A stretch of DNA of 20,000 nucleotides from Chiloscyllium plagiosum (lineage: Eukaryota), in the NCBI RefSeq assembly GCF_004010195.1, contig NC_057718.1, forward strand, positions 52,097,048-52,117,047, in the 5' to 3' direction. The translations under genes were made by a program, and so were the position numbers. The first letter of the stretch is position 1. Each line of letters starts with the position of its first letter. The notes beneath the pieces were generated by a model that saw only the letters and a list, made by a program, of their open reading frames with translations, was not told the DNA's origin and did no database searches. Positions 9,556-20,000 of this stretch are shown here, in pieces.

Positions 9556-10036
9556 TTGCCAAAGAATTCTCCTAGCACTGTATTCATGTCAGGTGGAAAT
9601 ATTTTATTCCTCAGTGCCATCCACCTAAAGCTGATTAGAACTGGTAATTATGAGATGCATTTGATGTTGCAGCTTTACTGAGAGTCTTTCAAACATCCTT
9701 TGTTCAAGATTGCACCTCAAGGCATTTATCTTTCTCTTTGTATTCTAAAGTGCAGTTATTTTGCCCTCACCCAAACTGATGCACTTGCTTTGCCCCAATA
9801 TTCAAAAGCTGCTCCTCAGCATGAAAAAGGAACACACTCATAGCATTCAGTATTTTTGGACTGTTACTATCACAGTAAAGCTGCACAAAGTACTCGGAGA
9901 GCTTAGAAATCTGGGAATACAACTTATGCACCACGTGGGAAATTTTCTTCAGCACTAACTTGGGAAACCTTTTGTTTTTAAGTGCAATCGTTTTTACACT
10001 ACAATTTCCAACCGAAGCTTCAAGTATAAGGAACAT
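9556..10036 (-). pseudogene. Possible ancient hAT (Buster/Charlie-like) transposase fossil
   Basis: NCSVKTIALKNKRFPKLVLKKISHVVHKLYSQ...YFVQLYCDSNS...FLFHAEEQLLNIG resembles the HCxxHxxALxxKxxP..VL..VV..IK....F..LC....LLxHTEVRWLSRG block. After a frameshift, TKRKINALRCNL resembles KIxAFxxKL. By-eye comparison only. Confidence 0.4.
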
Positions 10037-12244
10037 GGAAATGTCACAGAAACATACTGTCAGATTTGATATAAATTATAATCGAGTGATAAAATGCAAT
10101 CTTTAATGTCTGGGCAATTTTCAGCACCATAAATATTATTCTTTTTAATCTCAAAATAAAATCATAGACATCAAGCACACTTTCACGCAAAGTAAAAATA
10201 TTCAAAAAGCATAAAAGATCATGACCAATAACTTTCTCACATTTATCATATCCTAGTTATGCTAATTCTTCAGTGAAACATTTATTCAAAATAACTGGGA
10301 GGATAAAAAGTTATTTACAAATTCATATTATTTATGAGGAAGTCTTAATTTTATTCTGTTTAACTTAATATTGTGCAATAGTTCTAAATTATAATTAAAC
10401 TTAATTTAATGATCTGAAACAAAAAAAACAAACTTTTTTGAGGTATGATTATTATATTAATTTATTAGCATACTCCATTGGTTAATTAAATTACAAAATT
10501 TTAAAATAATGCAAATTCAAACCCAAAATTTCATAGATTCTACTTGCAGAGCTTTTCATTGTGTATTTAAAACAAAAATGTCATTGCTTAGCATTAATCT
10601 CTTCGAACCATTTCATTTACCCTTCAAATTTGAGAGTAAAGCCTTATTCTTTGAGGAGCTGGATCTATGTCTGGGGCTGGTGATAAGCCCTGGCACACAG
10701 ACAGAAATCAGCTTTCTCTCAGATGATCATGCAAAGACTGCCAGAAACATTAATATTACAAAGAAAACTGTTTGCGCAGAATGAAGTTTAGACATGAGCA
10801 CCTATGGTAAGCCAAAATGAATCCTTGAGATGTGAAAGAGGTATGACAGTATAAAACAATAATTTTAAGAAATGATATTGTCAAAAGTAATTTGGTTTTA
10901 GTTGGCCCTTGAAATGAATAATATTGAAACATTTATTCTCCTTCAAATTCATTCACTATCAGAAATGCCAAAATCTTTCCACCACAGTTCTGAACTTATT
11001 TAATAGATAAATAGATTCTCTTATTGAGCAGTTCAAAACCGAATAAGTTAAATTTGGGAAGCTTATGACAAATAACAAGATTATTGATTTGAGGCATATT
11101 CCAGGTGCATTCTGATTGACCCTGAATTTCTTCATTCATTGGTACAACAAGAGTATAACTGCCACATTGTTTTTTTTAGGAAATGTATGCATAATTAACT
11201 AACCTCAATGCAACTCCCAAATTTCAGTAGGACCAATTTTCTTGAATAATTCATGCTATTTTCAAGAATTACCCCAAACCATCCTAAACCAATAGACAGG
11301 GCTCTTATTTATATGTAAAAATAAAAGATTGTTTTAAAAAGTAAGTTTTCTGCAATCATACATGTTCAAAAGAGGCAAAAATGCATATTGCAATGTTTAG
11401 GGATAACATATCCCCACCTGACCAAAAATGGACCAAATGAGCAGGCGCAGCCACAGAACAGATGTCATATATGATTTCTAGGTGTTGCTAATTGTCATTG
11501 TTTCGTCTTGTATCTCAAATTAGGTTAACTCAAACAAAATGATCCAAGCTGACAATGTTTACACCACAGTAGATTTGCTTCATATTGGATTTTTGCAGTG
11601 ACTAACAATCAAGTGTGTTAGTTCATCATCATTACACCAGGCAGCAACTTCTGGAATCTGCACATATTCAAAATAATTTGGAAATCCAGAAATCCTTGCC
11701 ACAAATTCAATAATTTTCCAGAGACTATGCTGTTCGGGTGCTCCCAAACTGTAATCAATGAGCTGATGAGAATCGTTACCTTTCAGTTATTATTCAACTT
11801 TTAAAATAAAACCTGAAGGAAGTTACATTTGTTGAAGGAGGTGCGATTGGTATTGCTAACATAGTTATTGCTAACCATCCTCACCAGTCCTGAGATGCTA
11901 ATTTTTTTTAAATCATGTGCAGGCTGTTCACATTCTCCAGGATGACAAAAGGTTCCTCATAGTACATTTTAACAAGCTATCTTAATTTTCTATTAATTTC
12001 CAATCCAATTTTTTAATCAGATGTCTCACTGCCTGAAAGTTTAAATTAACAGCAAATTATGTTTAAGGCCAGATTTTGTTAAGACAGGAAGAGTCTGCAG
12101 ACTTTTGCAAATGACAGGTGAGACCCATATACTGAAGTGATGTTCCCATTTCAATCCGTGTTTGCTGGTGGAAGGAAAATTGGGCAGTATGAATCATCCA
12201 CAGGGAAGGAATGAAGGGGCATGGAAGAATGGAGTGTGTCAAAA

Positions 12245-12396
12245 CGTTTTCTCTCAAGCAAACAGTTGTAACCCCTTTGTAAATCTCAAGTAAAATATTT
12301 GATTAAAAACAACCTTACATCTATTGCCTTCAAAACAGCACACATATGGCAATATTTTCTTCCAATCCACTCTGTCCAGAATCCTCCTGATTTTGA
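12245..12396 (-). mobile_element. Highly decayed CR1 ORF2 C-terminal fragment
   Basis: Minus frame FKIRRILDRVDWKKILP...GNRCKV resembles the CR1 FKIMRGFDRVDxEKLFP...RGHxLK block. Confidence 0.5.
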
Positions 12397-12774
12397 ACAG
12401 AATTTTCTCTCTCCAGAAGACGCTGGTTTCTAACTGGGTGAGTACATTGCCATCAATCCTTCTTGCTGGTGTCAGTGTAAGTTACTGATACCATGTAGAG
12501 AAGGATACCCATGCAAATTCTTCAGCAGACATAGGATCAATAGATTTATTACATATTACATATCAACCGGTGCCTTGGGCGGAACCTTGTCAGGCACTGA
12601 GCAATGTGGGCACTGATGAGAGAGTTGAGAATGTTAGTGAGGAAGTTCCCATCATTGAGAGTAAAAAGTCCCATTTTTAAACCAAATGTTAAACTCACAA
12701 GGGAGCGGCGAGAGGTCGACTTGCATTAGCATACATGAACAACATCATTATTACATCACCTTGCCTCATTTATA

Positions 12775-13248
12775 CAAGGTGATAATTCCCAACAATTTCC
12801 AGGAATGAGAAATAACAGCTAGGAGGATAGTTGAAGAAGTTTGCAATGTTGCCCTTGGAGAGAAGAAGGTTGAAAAGAGATTTTATTGAGGTTTTCAAAA
12901 TCATGAGTGGGCTGGATGGAGTAGATAGGGAGTGGTGGTTCCCACTCCAAAAAGGAAAAAAGAACAAGGGGGCATAGATTGAAAATGATGTGCAAATGCA
13001 GGTAGGTTGATTTGAGGAAGATCTTTATCATGCAGTGTGTTTTGGGGTATGGAATGCATTGTCTGGAAATATGGTGGTCACAGCTTTGATTGAGGAATTC
13101 AAGGGGGCATTGGATGACGATTTAGATAGAAATGGTGTGCAAGATTATGGGGAAAAGGTAAGAGATTGGCACTAGGTAATAGAACTGGTACAGGCACAAT
13201 TGGCTAAATGGCTTCCTTCAGCACCGTAACAGTTCTGTAATTCTGTGA
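12775..13248 (+). mobile_element. CR1 LINE 3' end fragment
   Basis: LEKRR-like block TTGGAGAGAAGAAGGTTGAAAAGAGATTTTATTGAGGTTTTCAAAATCATG, GGGGGCATAGATTGAAA, TGGAATGCATTG, and tail GGCTAAATGGCTTCCTTC..CCGTAACAGTTCTGTAATTCTGTGA. Confidence 0.88.
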
Positions 13249-13315
13249 ACATGAAAGCCAGAGTCGTTACCTGGTAACTCCAGCTTACCGCTTGCTCTTC
13301 CATTTGTCAGCATCT

Positions 13316-14447
13316 CTAAACTTCCGTCTCTGTAACGAGATCCTCGATGTACTAACCCATAGACCGCAATCAGTAAGAATAGATGACATCTCTTCCATCA
13401 TAATCCTCAACATCATTGCACCGAAGGTCTGTGTACTCACAGTGTCTTTCCAGATACTCATAAATCCTATCCCTCAGTACCCTTTCCATTACTTTGCCTA
13501 CCACAGAAGTAAGACTAACTTCTTCCATCATAATCCTCAACATCATTGCACCGAAGGTCTGTGTACTCAATCCCCTGCTATATTACCCACACACTCACAA
13601 CTGTATGGCCAAATTCTGCAGTAACTCCATTTACAAGTTTGCTGATGACATCACTGTTGTAGGTTAGGTCTCAAACAATGACGAGACAGAATACAGCAAA
13701 GAGACTGAGTGCTTAGTTGCATGTTGTATAGGTAACAATTTTTTTCATCAACATCAGCAAAACAAAGAAGGTGGTCATTGACTTTAGGAAGCAGAGCAGA
13801 GGGCACTTCCCTGCCGGCATCAATGGAGCTGAGGTGGAGATAGTCAAGGGCATCAAGTTCCTGGTAGTAATGATCACCTACAATTTGTCTTGGCCACCAA
13901 TGTTGATGTGATGATCAAGAAAGCACAACAACACCTCTATTTCCTCAGGAGGCCGAGGAAATCTGGCACACAATTTTTAATGATGTACCTTAAAAAGCTT
14001 CTTATCTGGACACATCACAGTGTGGTATGGCAACTGCTCTTCGTAAAATCGAAAGAAACTAAGGAGAGTAACCAGCCTTCCATATTGACTCCATCTATAC
14101 TTCCTGCTACCTCGGAAAAGCAACCAACACAATCAAAGACCCCTTCCACCCCAGTTATACTCTCTTCCATGCTCTTCCATTGGGCAGAAGATAATAAAAG
14201 TTTGAATACAAATAGATTCAAGAACAGCTTCTTCTCCACTGATACCAAAGTTTTGAATAGACATCTCAAATGGCAATGTTGATCACCCTCTCTATACCTT
14301 CTCTGCAGTTGTAACATCACATTCTGCACTTTGTTCTTCTACCCTTATGCACTTTGTATGGTATGATCTGCCTGCATAGCACACAAAACAACACTCTCAT
14401 TCTATCTCAGTACATGTGACAACAATAAGTCAATCAATCAATCAATC
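13316..14447 (+). mobile_element. 5'-truncated Rex1/Babar-clade LINE (RT remnant plus 3' end)
   Basis: LCNEILDVLTHRPQSVRI...IILN..APKVCVL.PLL, IYKFADDITVVG.VSNNDETEY, KTKKVVIDFRK, KKAQQHLYFLRR, TNRFKNSFF; 3' end ACATGTGACAACAATAAG followed by (CAAT)n. Confidence 0.9.
13440..13520 (-). mobile_element. 81 bp internal CR1 ORF2 fragment inserted in the Rex1 element, flanked by a 49 bp direct duplication
   Basis: Encodes VSLTSVVGKVMERVLRDRIYEYLERH and is 78/81 identical to 19737-19817. Flanks 13391-13439 and 13521-13569 are identical. Confidence 0.92.
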
Positions 14448-15059
14448 ACTTGCATCACACATTTAGCACAACCACCAGGTCCTCATGAGCAAATTAGATT
14501 GCCAATTTCCCTCTGTCCAACATTTCTAAGGAAAATAGAATGCACCTTGCAGGACAGCCGTGGACAGCTAATGCATGACCATGTGCATGCTGAGACTTAA
14601 ACATGACGCTGGCACCAGGAATCCTGGGAAGTCCCACCAGTGACCAGTGCTTCTACCTGTAGCAAGCCAGAGAATATGATAAGTGATGCCACAAGGGAAT
14701 GATACACAGGCAATTAGAGATATTTGTGATGATATCATGAGAAAACCCACGAGAGCTCACCAGAGAAAGCGCCTCTGTGAAAATCACCAAAAAGGACACC
14801 GCCAATTTCTGGTAAAATGCAATCCATTACATGTGAAACAAATGGCAGTTTCATGAGAGTAATTCAGGAACAATTTAAGATGAAGTAACGTTAGTTATAA
14901 GAGCAGTCATAGAAGCACTATACACCCTCTGGTTAACACATGTCGAACTCATGGGACACACACAGTGAACAGGTCAGCTTTTCCTTGGAACAACCCTTAC
15001 TTCCTGATGGTTAGAGCTTATAATGTGATGTCAATTAAATCTTTCAGCTACTGCCTTAT

Positions 15060-15875
15060 GGAATCATAGACACAAAGTTGTTGTATCACAGAGCAGGGCC
15101 ATTTGATCCATTATGTTTTTACCAGCTCTCTGAGCATTTTAAGTTGGTGCCAATCTCCTGGCATTTCCCTGAATCCCTGCTCATTGTTCATATTTAAATA
15201 ATCATCCTGATGTTCTCCTGAATGTCTCAACAGAATCTGCCTACATCACTCTTCCAGAGAGTGCATTGCATACTTTAACTACTGAGTGTGTGAAAAAGGT
15301 ATTTCTCACCATGCTTTGGCTTAATTTAGATAGTACTTTAAAACAGTACCCTCTGGTACTCAATCCTTTAACCAATGGGAACAGTTTTTGCCTATTTAGT
15401 TTGCTCAGACCTTTCATGATTTTGTGTAAACTTCGATCAAATCTCTTCTTTGCCTTCTCCTTGTCAGAGAGGACAGTCCCATCTTCTCTAATCTTTCCTC
15501 ATAACTGTCACATCTCATCCTTGGAACCATCCTCGTGAATGTCTTTGAACTCTCCAAAAAGCATTAACTTCCTTTCTATGGTGTAGCCACCAAAACTGTG
15601 TGCAATATAACAGCTGAGGTCTAATTAAGCTCCTGTATCTTAGTTAAGTTCAAAATTTCCTTGTTCTTGCATTCTAAGTCCCTATTTATAAAGCCTAGCA
15701 TACTGTATGCCTTTTTTTAAAAAAATCTCTCTTTATCTGATCTGATTTTAATGACTTATGTACATGTACAGTCAGATCTCTCTGTTCTGGCATATCCTTT
15801 TAAATAATATGCTTTTGTTTACACAGTCTCTCCATGTTTCTTATACAAAAGTGTATCACCTCCCATTTCTCTGCA
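15060..15875 (-). mobile_element. Old CR1 LINE 3' fragment
   Basis: Antisense CR1 pattern: GAATCATAGA...GGCCATTTGATCCAT...CAGAGAGTGCATTGCATACTTTAACTACTGAGTGTGTGAAAAAG...AGACCTTTCATGATTTTG...TCCTTGGAACCATCCTCGTGAAT...TCACCTCCCATTTCTCTGCA. Confidence 0.78.
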
Positions 15876-15889
15876 CCTTAGATAACTCA

Positions 15890-16200
15890 ATACTCTCTTC
15901 TCAAATGAAGAGAGTCCCAAGTCTACCATCACATCCACACAATTGAAGTCTGTAATTTATGAAACAATTATCATAAATCTTTTCTGTGCCCTTATCAATG
16001 TCTTCACAACATTCTTAAATTGAGATTCCCAGAATTCAGTTCAGGTTGAATCAGTATTTTATAAACGTTCACCATAACGTCCTTGCTTTTGTAATCCCTG
16101 CCCTCTTTCTAAGCCTAGGGTCCCTCTTGCCTTATTAACCACCTTCTCAGCATTCTTTGACACCTTCTATGATTTGTGCACAAAAACTGCAGATTTGTCT
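15890..16200 (-). mobile_element. Second old CR1 ORF2 C-terminal fragment
   Basis: Repeats the same CR1 segment as ~15450-15790 in diverged form (ATAAATCTTTTCTGTGCCCT...CCCAGAATT...CCTTGCTTTTGTA...AAGCCTAGG...GATTTGTGCACA). Confidence 0.7.
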
Positions 16201-16316
16201 GCTTGAAAAGCTTTCCTTTTTTTATACAACAAAACATCACAGAAGCTGATTTTAGTTAAGTACAATGTATTTTCTCAAAAACAGGTCTGAAAAAATGTCA
16301 CAACCTCAAGGCATCA

Positions 16317-16710
16317 TTCTGGTTCAACATATTTTTCTTTAATTCTTGTAGTTTTTTTTACACCATCTGCTGCCTCTTCAACTTGCTCTGAAAAAAAATC
16401 ATGCTGAAGAATTGCAAATCTTCTGTAGGTTGTGCTACTCTCCCATAAATGTGCAATCAAAATCGCTACCAAGATTTTTGAGATTAGTTTTCTCGTCTGT
16501 GAGAAAATCCATTCGAACAGTTATATCACCGAGTCATGCCACAAAACACTCGTCTCCTTTTCGCTTTTTAACCAAATCCATCTATTTGACAAAGCTACTT
16601 GACCCTCATCTGATATCTCAGAATAATCTCCACATTTTCTCTAAATATCCAGTGTCCCTTTGTTTTGCTTTTGTTGAGTTTATCCTTAACTTTATTGACA
16701 GCCACTAAAA
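16317..16710 (-). pseudogene. Possible second ancient hAT (Buster/Charlie-like) transposase fossil
   Basis: Ordered, frameshifted pieces: HWIFRENV, RLF/EISDEGQVAL, DECFVA*LGDI, KILVAILIAHLWES. These resemble RWLSRGNVL.RLFELRDE...DExWxAxLAYLxDI...KIxAF..KLxLW. By-eye comparison only. Confidence 0.35.
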
Positions 16711-16839
16711 TTTTACTTTCAGATGAACTTCAGAGGGATAGTATCTAAAAGAGGTGCCAATTTGGACAAAGAAAAAAAAACTACATGACAGATAAAAATC
16801 AGTATTGTATAGATAGACAAGTAACCTCACAACCAATGA

Positions 16840-18395
16840 GTTAGAACTAAGCTCTGCAGCCCTGATATGTCCAGTAATGAATGGTGGTGGACAATTAAAC
16901 ATCTCGATGGTGGAAGAGACTGCACTAATATCCCATTTCTCAATTACAAAGTGCCCAGCACATAGGGCCCGAGAGTCACACAGCACGGAAACAGACCCTT
17001 AGACCCAATTCGTCAATGCCAACCAGGTTTCCCAAACTGAACTAGTCCCATTTGCCTGCATTTGACCCACATCTCTCTAAACCTCTCCTATTCATGTACT
17101 TGTCCAAATGTTTATTAAATGTTGCACCTGTACCCGTCTCTACATACATGGCAGGTCAATCCACGTACGAACTACCCTCTGTGTAAAAGGTTGTCCCTCG
17201 GGTTCCTTTTAAATCTTTCTACTCTCACCCTAAAATTATGCCCTCTCATTTAGAACACCCCTACACTAGGGAAAAGACCTTTGCTATTCACCTGTCTATA
17301 TTCCTCATCATTTTTATAAACCTTTATAAGTTCTTTAAAAACAGTGTGAAGAAATGAAGATGAAGCATTTGCACTCATCTTCAACCAGAAATGCCAAGTG
17401 GATGATCTAATTTGATCCATTTCTTCTTTATGTCCCCAAATCATGAATGACAATCTGATGCATTTACTTGATGTCAAGAAACAGCTGTAGACACTAAATA
17501 TAGTGAGAGACATGGCTCTTACAACATCCTGGCTGCCAACATTCATATTAAAGATGTAGTAAAGATATAACCACACATTTGTCAATCTTCTCTGGACAGC
17601 TACAGTATTACCAACTATTCAACAACATGGATACTTGCACAGGTATGTCCTGTCCATCAATCCAATCCAATCAATTGCTGCTCTAATTATTGTTCATTAG
17701 CCAAGTTGTAGAAGGTGTCATGGTGAATGTTATCAAACAGCATTTAAACAGAGATAATCCACCCAACAATTCTCACTTTGGATTCTGTAGGGTCACTCAT
17801 TCCAAACCGTTTTATAGGTTTGATCCAAATATAAACAAAACAGATGAATGCAGGAGGTGAGGTCAGCGTGACATGAATGCCTTTAGTAAGTGTGGCATTC
17901 GGGGTCATCAGTAAGACTGAATTAAATAAAAATGGAGGCAAAATTTTCCACGAGTTAGAACCATACCTTTTTTAAAGACATAGCTGTGTTTGTTGTAGAT
18001 GAATCCTCTTAATCCAAGGATAATGCTCTGGGAGTACTTCAGGGCAATGTCCCAGGACCAGCCATTTTCAATTTCTTCATCAATGTGTTTCTTTCCAACA
18101 TAAGGTCAGAAGTGGAAATGTTTGCTCATTTTTGCTCATTTTTTGGCACTGTTCAGATACTGAAACACTTCATGCCCACATGCAGCAAGACCTGGGCAAC
18201 ATTCATTTGGCTGATATTAACTGTATCAGCAAAGTGTCAGGCAATAAACATTTCCAGAACATCCAAGACAGAACTGAACCATTTAGCCTTGATGTTCAAT
18301 TACATGACCATGGAATTGCTGAAACCCCATCATCCAAATCCTGGAGACTCCCACTGTCCAGAAACTCAATTGGGTTAGTCAGATGAGCATTGTGG
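16840..18395 (+). mobile_element. Decayed CR1/L2-group LINE ORF2 of a family distinct from the HER1-like CR1, split by a CR1 insertion
   Basis: KLCSP..SSNEWWWTIK; EAFALIFNQKCQVDD; AQVCPVH; KVVEGV; GVLQGNVPGPAIFNFFIN; IRSEVEMFA; HMQQDLGNI; QKLNW. Confidence 0.8.
16964..17340 (-). mobile_element. CR1 (HER1-like) 3' end nested in the older LINE
   Basis: GAGTCACACAGCACGGAAACAGACCCTT...CTAGTCCCATTTGCCTGCATTTG...TACCCTCTGTGTAAAAGGTTG...TTTTATAAACCTTTATAAG. The host LINE resumes at ~17341. Confidence 0.88.
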
Positions 18396-18655
18396 TGATC
18401 TCTATCAGAAATATATAATATATTTCTGCATTCAACAACATTTGTTGCATTCATTTGAGATAATCTGTTTGAAATTGTGTTTCATGCATTCAGTTAGTCA
18501 TCTCTTGATATCCAGTGGTAATTGATTGAAATCAGTGACTTGATAAGGACTGCTCCTCCAACAAGAATTCCAAATATTTGTTTTTCTTTAAAATGCTCAA
18601 TGGCATTCAGCTGTAATCATTAGAAGTCAATTGAAAAAAAAAGTAAATTGAGGAG

Positions 18656-18757
18656 GACTCTTGCAGTGCAGTGATAATGAGTCAGGAGGTCTGGGTTCAA
18701 ATCCTACCTATTCTAGAGGTGTGCAGTAACATTTCTAAACAGGTTGGTTGGAAAATA
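18656..18757 (+). mobile_element. Short decayed tRNA-derived SINE-like element
   Basis: A-box-like TGCAGTGCAGTGATA and B box GGGTTCAAATCC (~18693-18704), followed by CTAGAGGTGTG...AACAGGTTGGTTGGAAAATA. Confidence 0.55.
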
Positions 18758-19275
18758 ATTTAATGAAAATAAGATAAATTAAATCCTCTCTCCCTCATAT
18801 TTGATGGTCTGCATTGCCTTTACTAGGCTTTGTGTGTAAATGAACCAATTGGAGAATATGTGTGATTTATTACTGATGGTTAATTGTTGAAAAAGAATAT
18901 CGTGATGATTTGGTGAATGGGAAAAGAAATGTCCAGTGACGTATAGGCACTTTTGGACATTAATAAAGGAAGGGAAGTTGAAAGAAAAGCTTATCAGCCT
19001 AGAAACAAACAGAGGACAATCTCAATCCCAACTGCAAGCTGAGGTTATTTAAGAAAGAACTCAAGACATTTTTCTAAGACCCAGTTCCTAGTATAACATG
19101 GAATTGGCTTGCTGACGTGGACATATCATAAGAGTGATTGTTAGACTGTTAATAATATATGGGCTATTTTGACAATGCCATTTCTAAATTATTAGATCAC
19201 TTTACTCCTCCCATTCCTTCTTGTTGTCCTTCTATTTTTCCTGTCTTCTACCTCACGCAACATTGTGAAGTGTTC

Positions 19276-19507
19276 CATGTGTATTTGGAAAGGTAAGGAC
19301 TAATTAGGAATAGTCAACATGGTTTTGTGCATGGGAAATCATGTCGCACAAATTTGTTTGAGTTTTTTGAGGAAGTAACAAAGAGGATTGATGAGGGCAG
19401 AGTGGTAGATGTGATCTTTATGGACTTCAGTAAGGCGTTCAACAAAGTTCCTCATGGGAGACTGATTAGCAAGGTTAGAACTCATGGAATACAGTGAGAA
19501 CTAGCCA
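19276..19507 (+). mobile_element. Internal CR1 RT fragment
   Basis: LIRNSQHGFVHGKSCRTNLFEFFEEVTKRIDEGRVVDVIFMDFSKAFNKVPHGRLISKVRTHGI. Confidence 0.92.
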
Positions 19508-19570
19508 CTCTCAACAAATAGTATTTCAACTCCATCTCAAACATCAAAAGCTGTAAGTACAACAAACTTT

Positions 19571-20000
19571 TATCTACCCAGGATTATGTGGGAAGCAAAA
19601 GAGGAAATTGCAGAGCCGTTGGCAATGATCTTTTCGTCTTCACTGTCAATGGGGGTGGTTCCAGGGGACTGGAGAGTGGCGAATGTTGTGCCCCTGTTCA
19701 AAAAGGGAATAGGGATAATCCCGGGAATTACAGGCCAGTTAGTCTTAGTTCGGTGGTAGGCAAAGTAATGGGAAGGGTACTGAGGGATAGGATTTATGAG
19801 TATCTGGAAAGACACTGCTTGATGAGGGACAGACAGCACGGATTTCTGAAGGGTAGGTCTTGCCTTACAAGTCTTATTGAATTCTTTGAGGAGGTGACCA
19901 AGCATGTGGATGAGAATAAAGCAGTGGATGTAGTATACATGGATTTTAGTAAGGCATTTGATAAGGTTCCCCATGGTAGGCTTATGCGGAAAGTCAGGAG
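19571..20000 (+). mobile_element. Relatively young 5'-truncated CR1 ORF2 (RT) fragment running off the window end
   Basis: PRIMWEAKEEIAEPLAMIFSSSLSMGVVPGDWRVANVVPLFKK, a single frameshift at ~19705, then RDNPGNYRPVSLSSVVGKVM...QHGFLKGRSCLTSLIEFFEEVTKHVDENKAVDVVYMDFSKAFDKVPHGRL. Confidence 0.95.

Noticed and set aside
9556..9624. Possible 69 nt minus-strand exon (WMALRNKIFPPDMNTVLGEFFG) with a GTAAGA donor
   Set aside because: Weak polypyrimidine tract, unrecognised peptide, no partner exons; it lies in the candidate hAT fossil.
10509..10784. 91 aa plus-strand ORF
   Set aside because: No recognisable domain; length is compatible with chance.
13289..13315. Possible 27 nt minus-strand microexon (AG...GTAAG)
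   Set aside because: The acceptor falls at the Rex1 junction and has no pyrimidine tract.
12394..14826. Possible decayed MITE with ends GAACAGAATTTTC and GGTAAAATGCAATCC, split by LINEs; similar hints at 7140-7306 and 12065-12220
   Set aside because: The ends are too degenerate to pair convincingly without a repeat library.
1..20000. CRISPR array, retron or other prokaryotic/viral system
   Set aside because: No regularly spaced repeats and no operon-like ORFs; all RT motifs belong to eukaryotic LINE or PLE families.

Overview
This window is repeat-dense, non-genic vertebrate DNA. The HE1-type SINE, CR1 LINEs and Penelope tails point to a cartilaginous fish (shark-like); this is inferred from repeat families recalled from memory, not from a database search. 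No intact host gene, RNA gene or prokaryotic system is supported. Bases 1-5090 are a long decayed CR1 LINE (ORF1 SGNH esterase, ORF2 endonuclease and RT, 3' tail) carrying four separate Penelope-like (PLE) insertions. One is a ~445 bp palindrome with a minimal hammerhead ribozyme motif in each arm, and one is a GIY-YIG fragment with its own hammerhead. The rest holds an HE1/V-SINE, a TG microsatellite with a tandem duplication, several CR1 fragments, a Rex1/Babar LINE and a second CR1/L2-group LINE. The Rex1 copy contains an 81 bp internal CR1 piece flanked by a perfect 49 bp duplication. Two very old possible hAT (Buster/Charlie-like) transposase fossils are tentatively seen. I found no convincing new biological system; the best leads concern retroelement insertion mechanisms and ribozymes.
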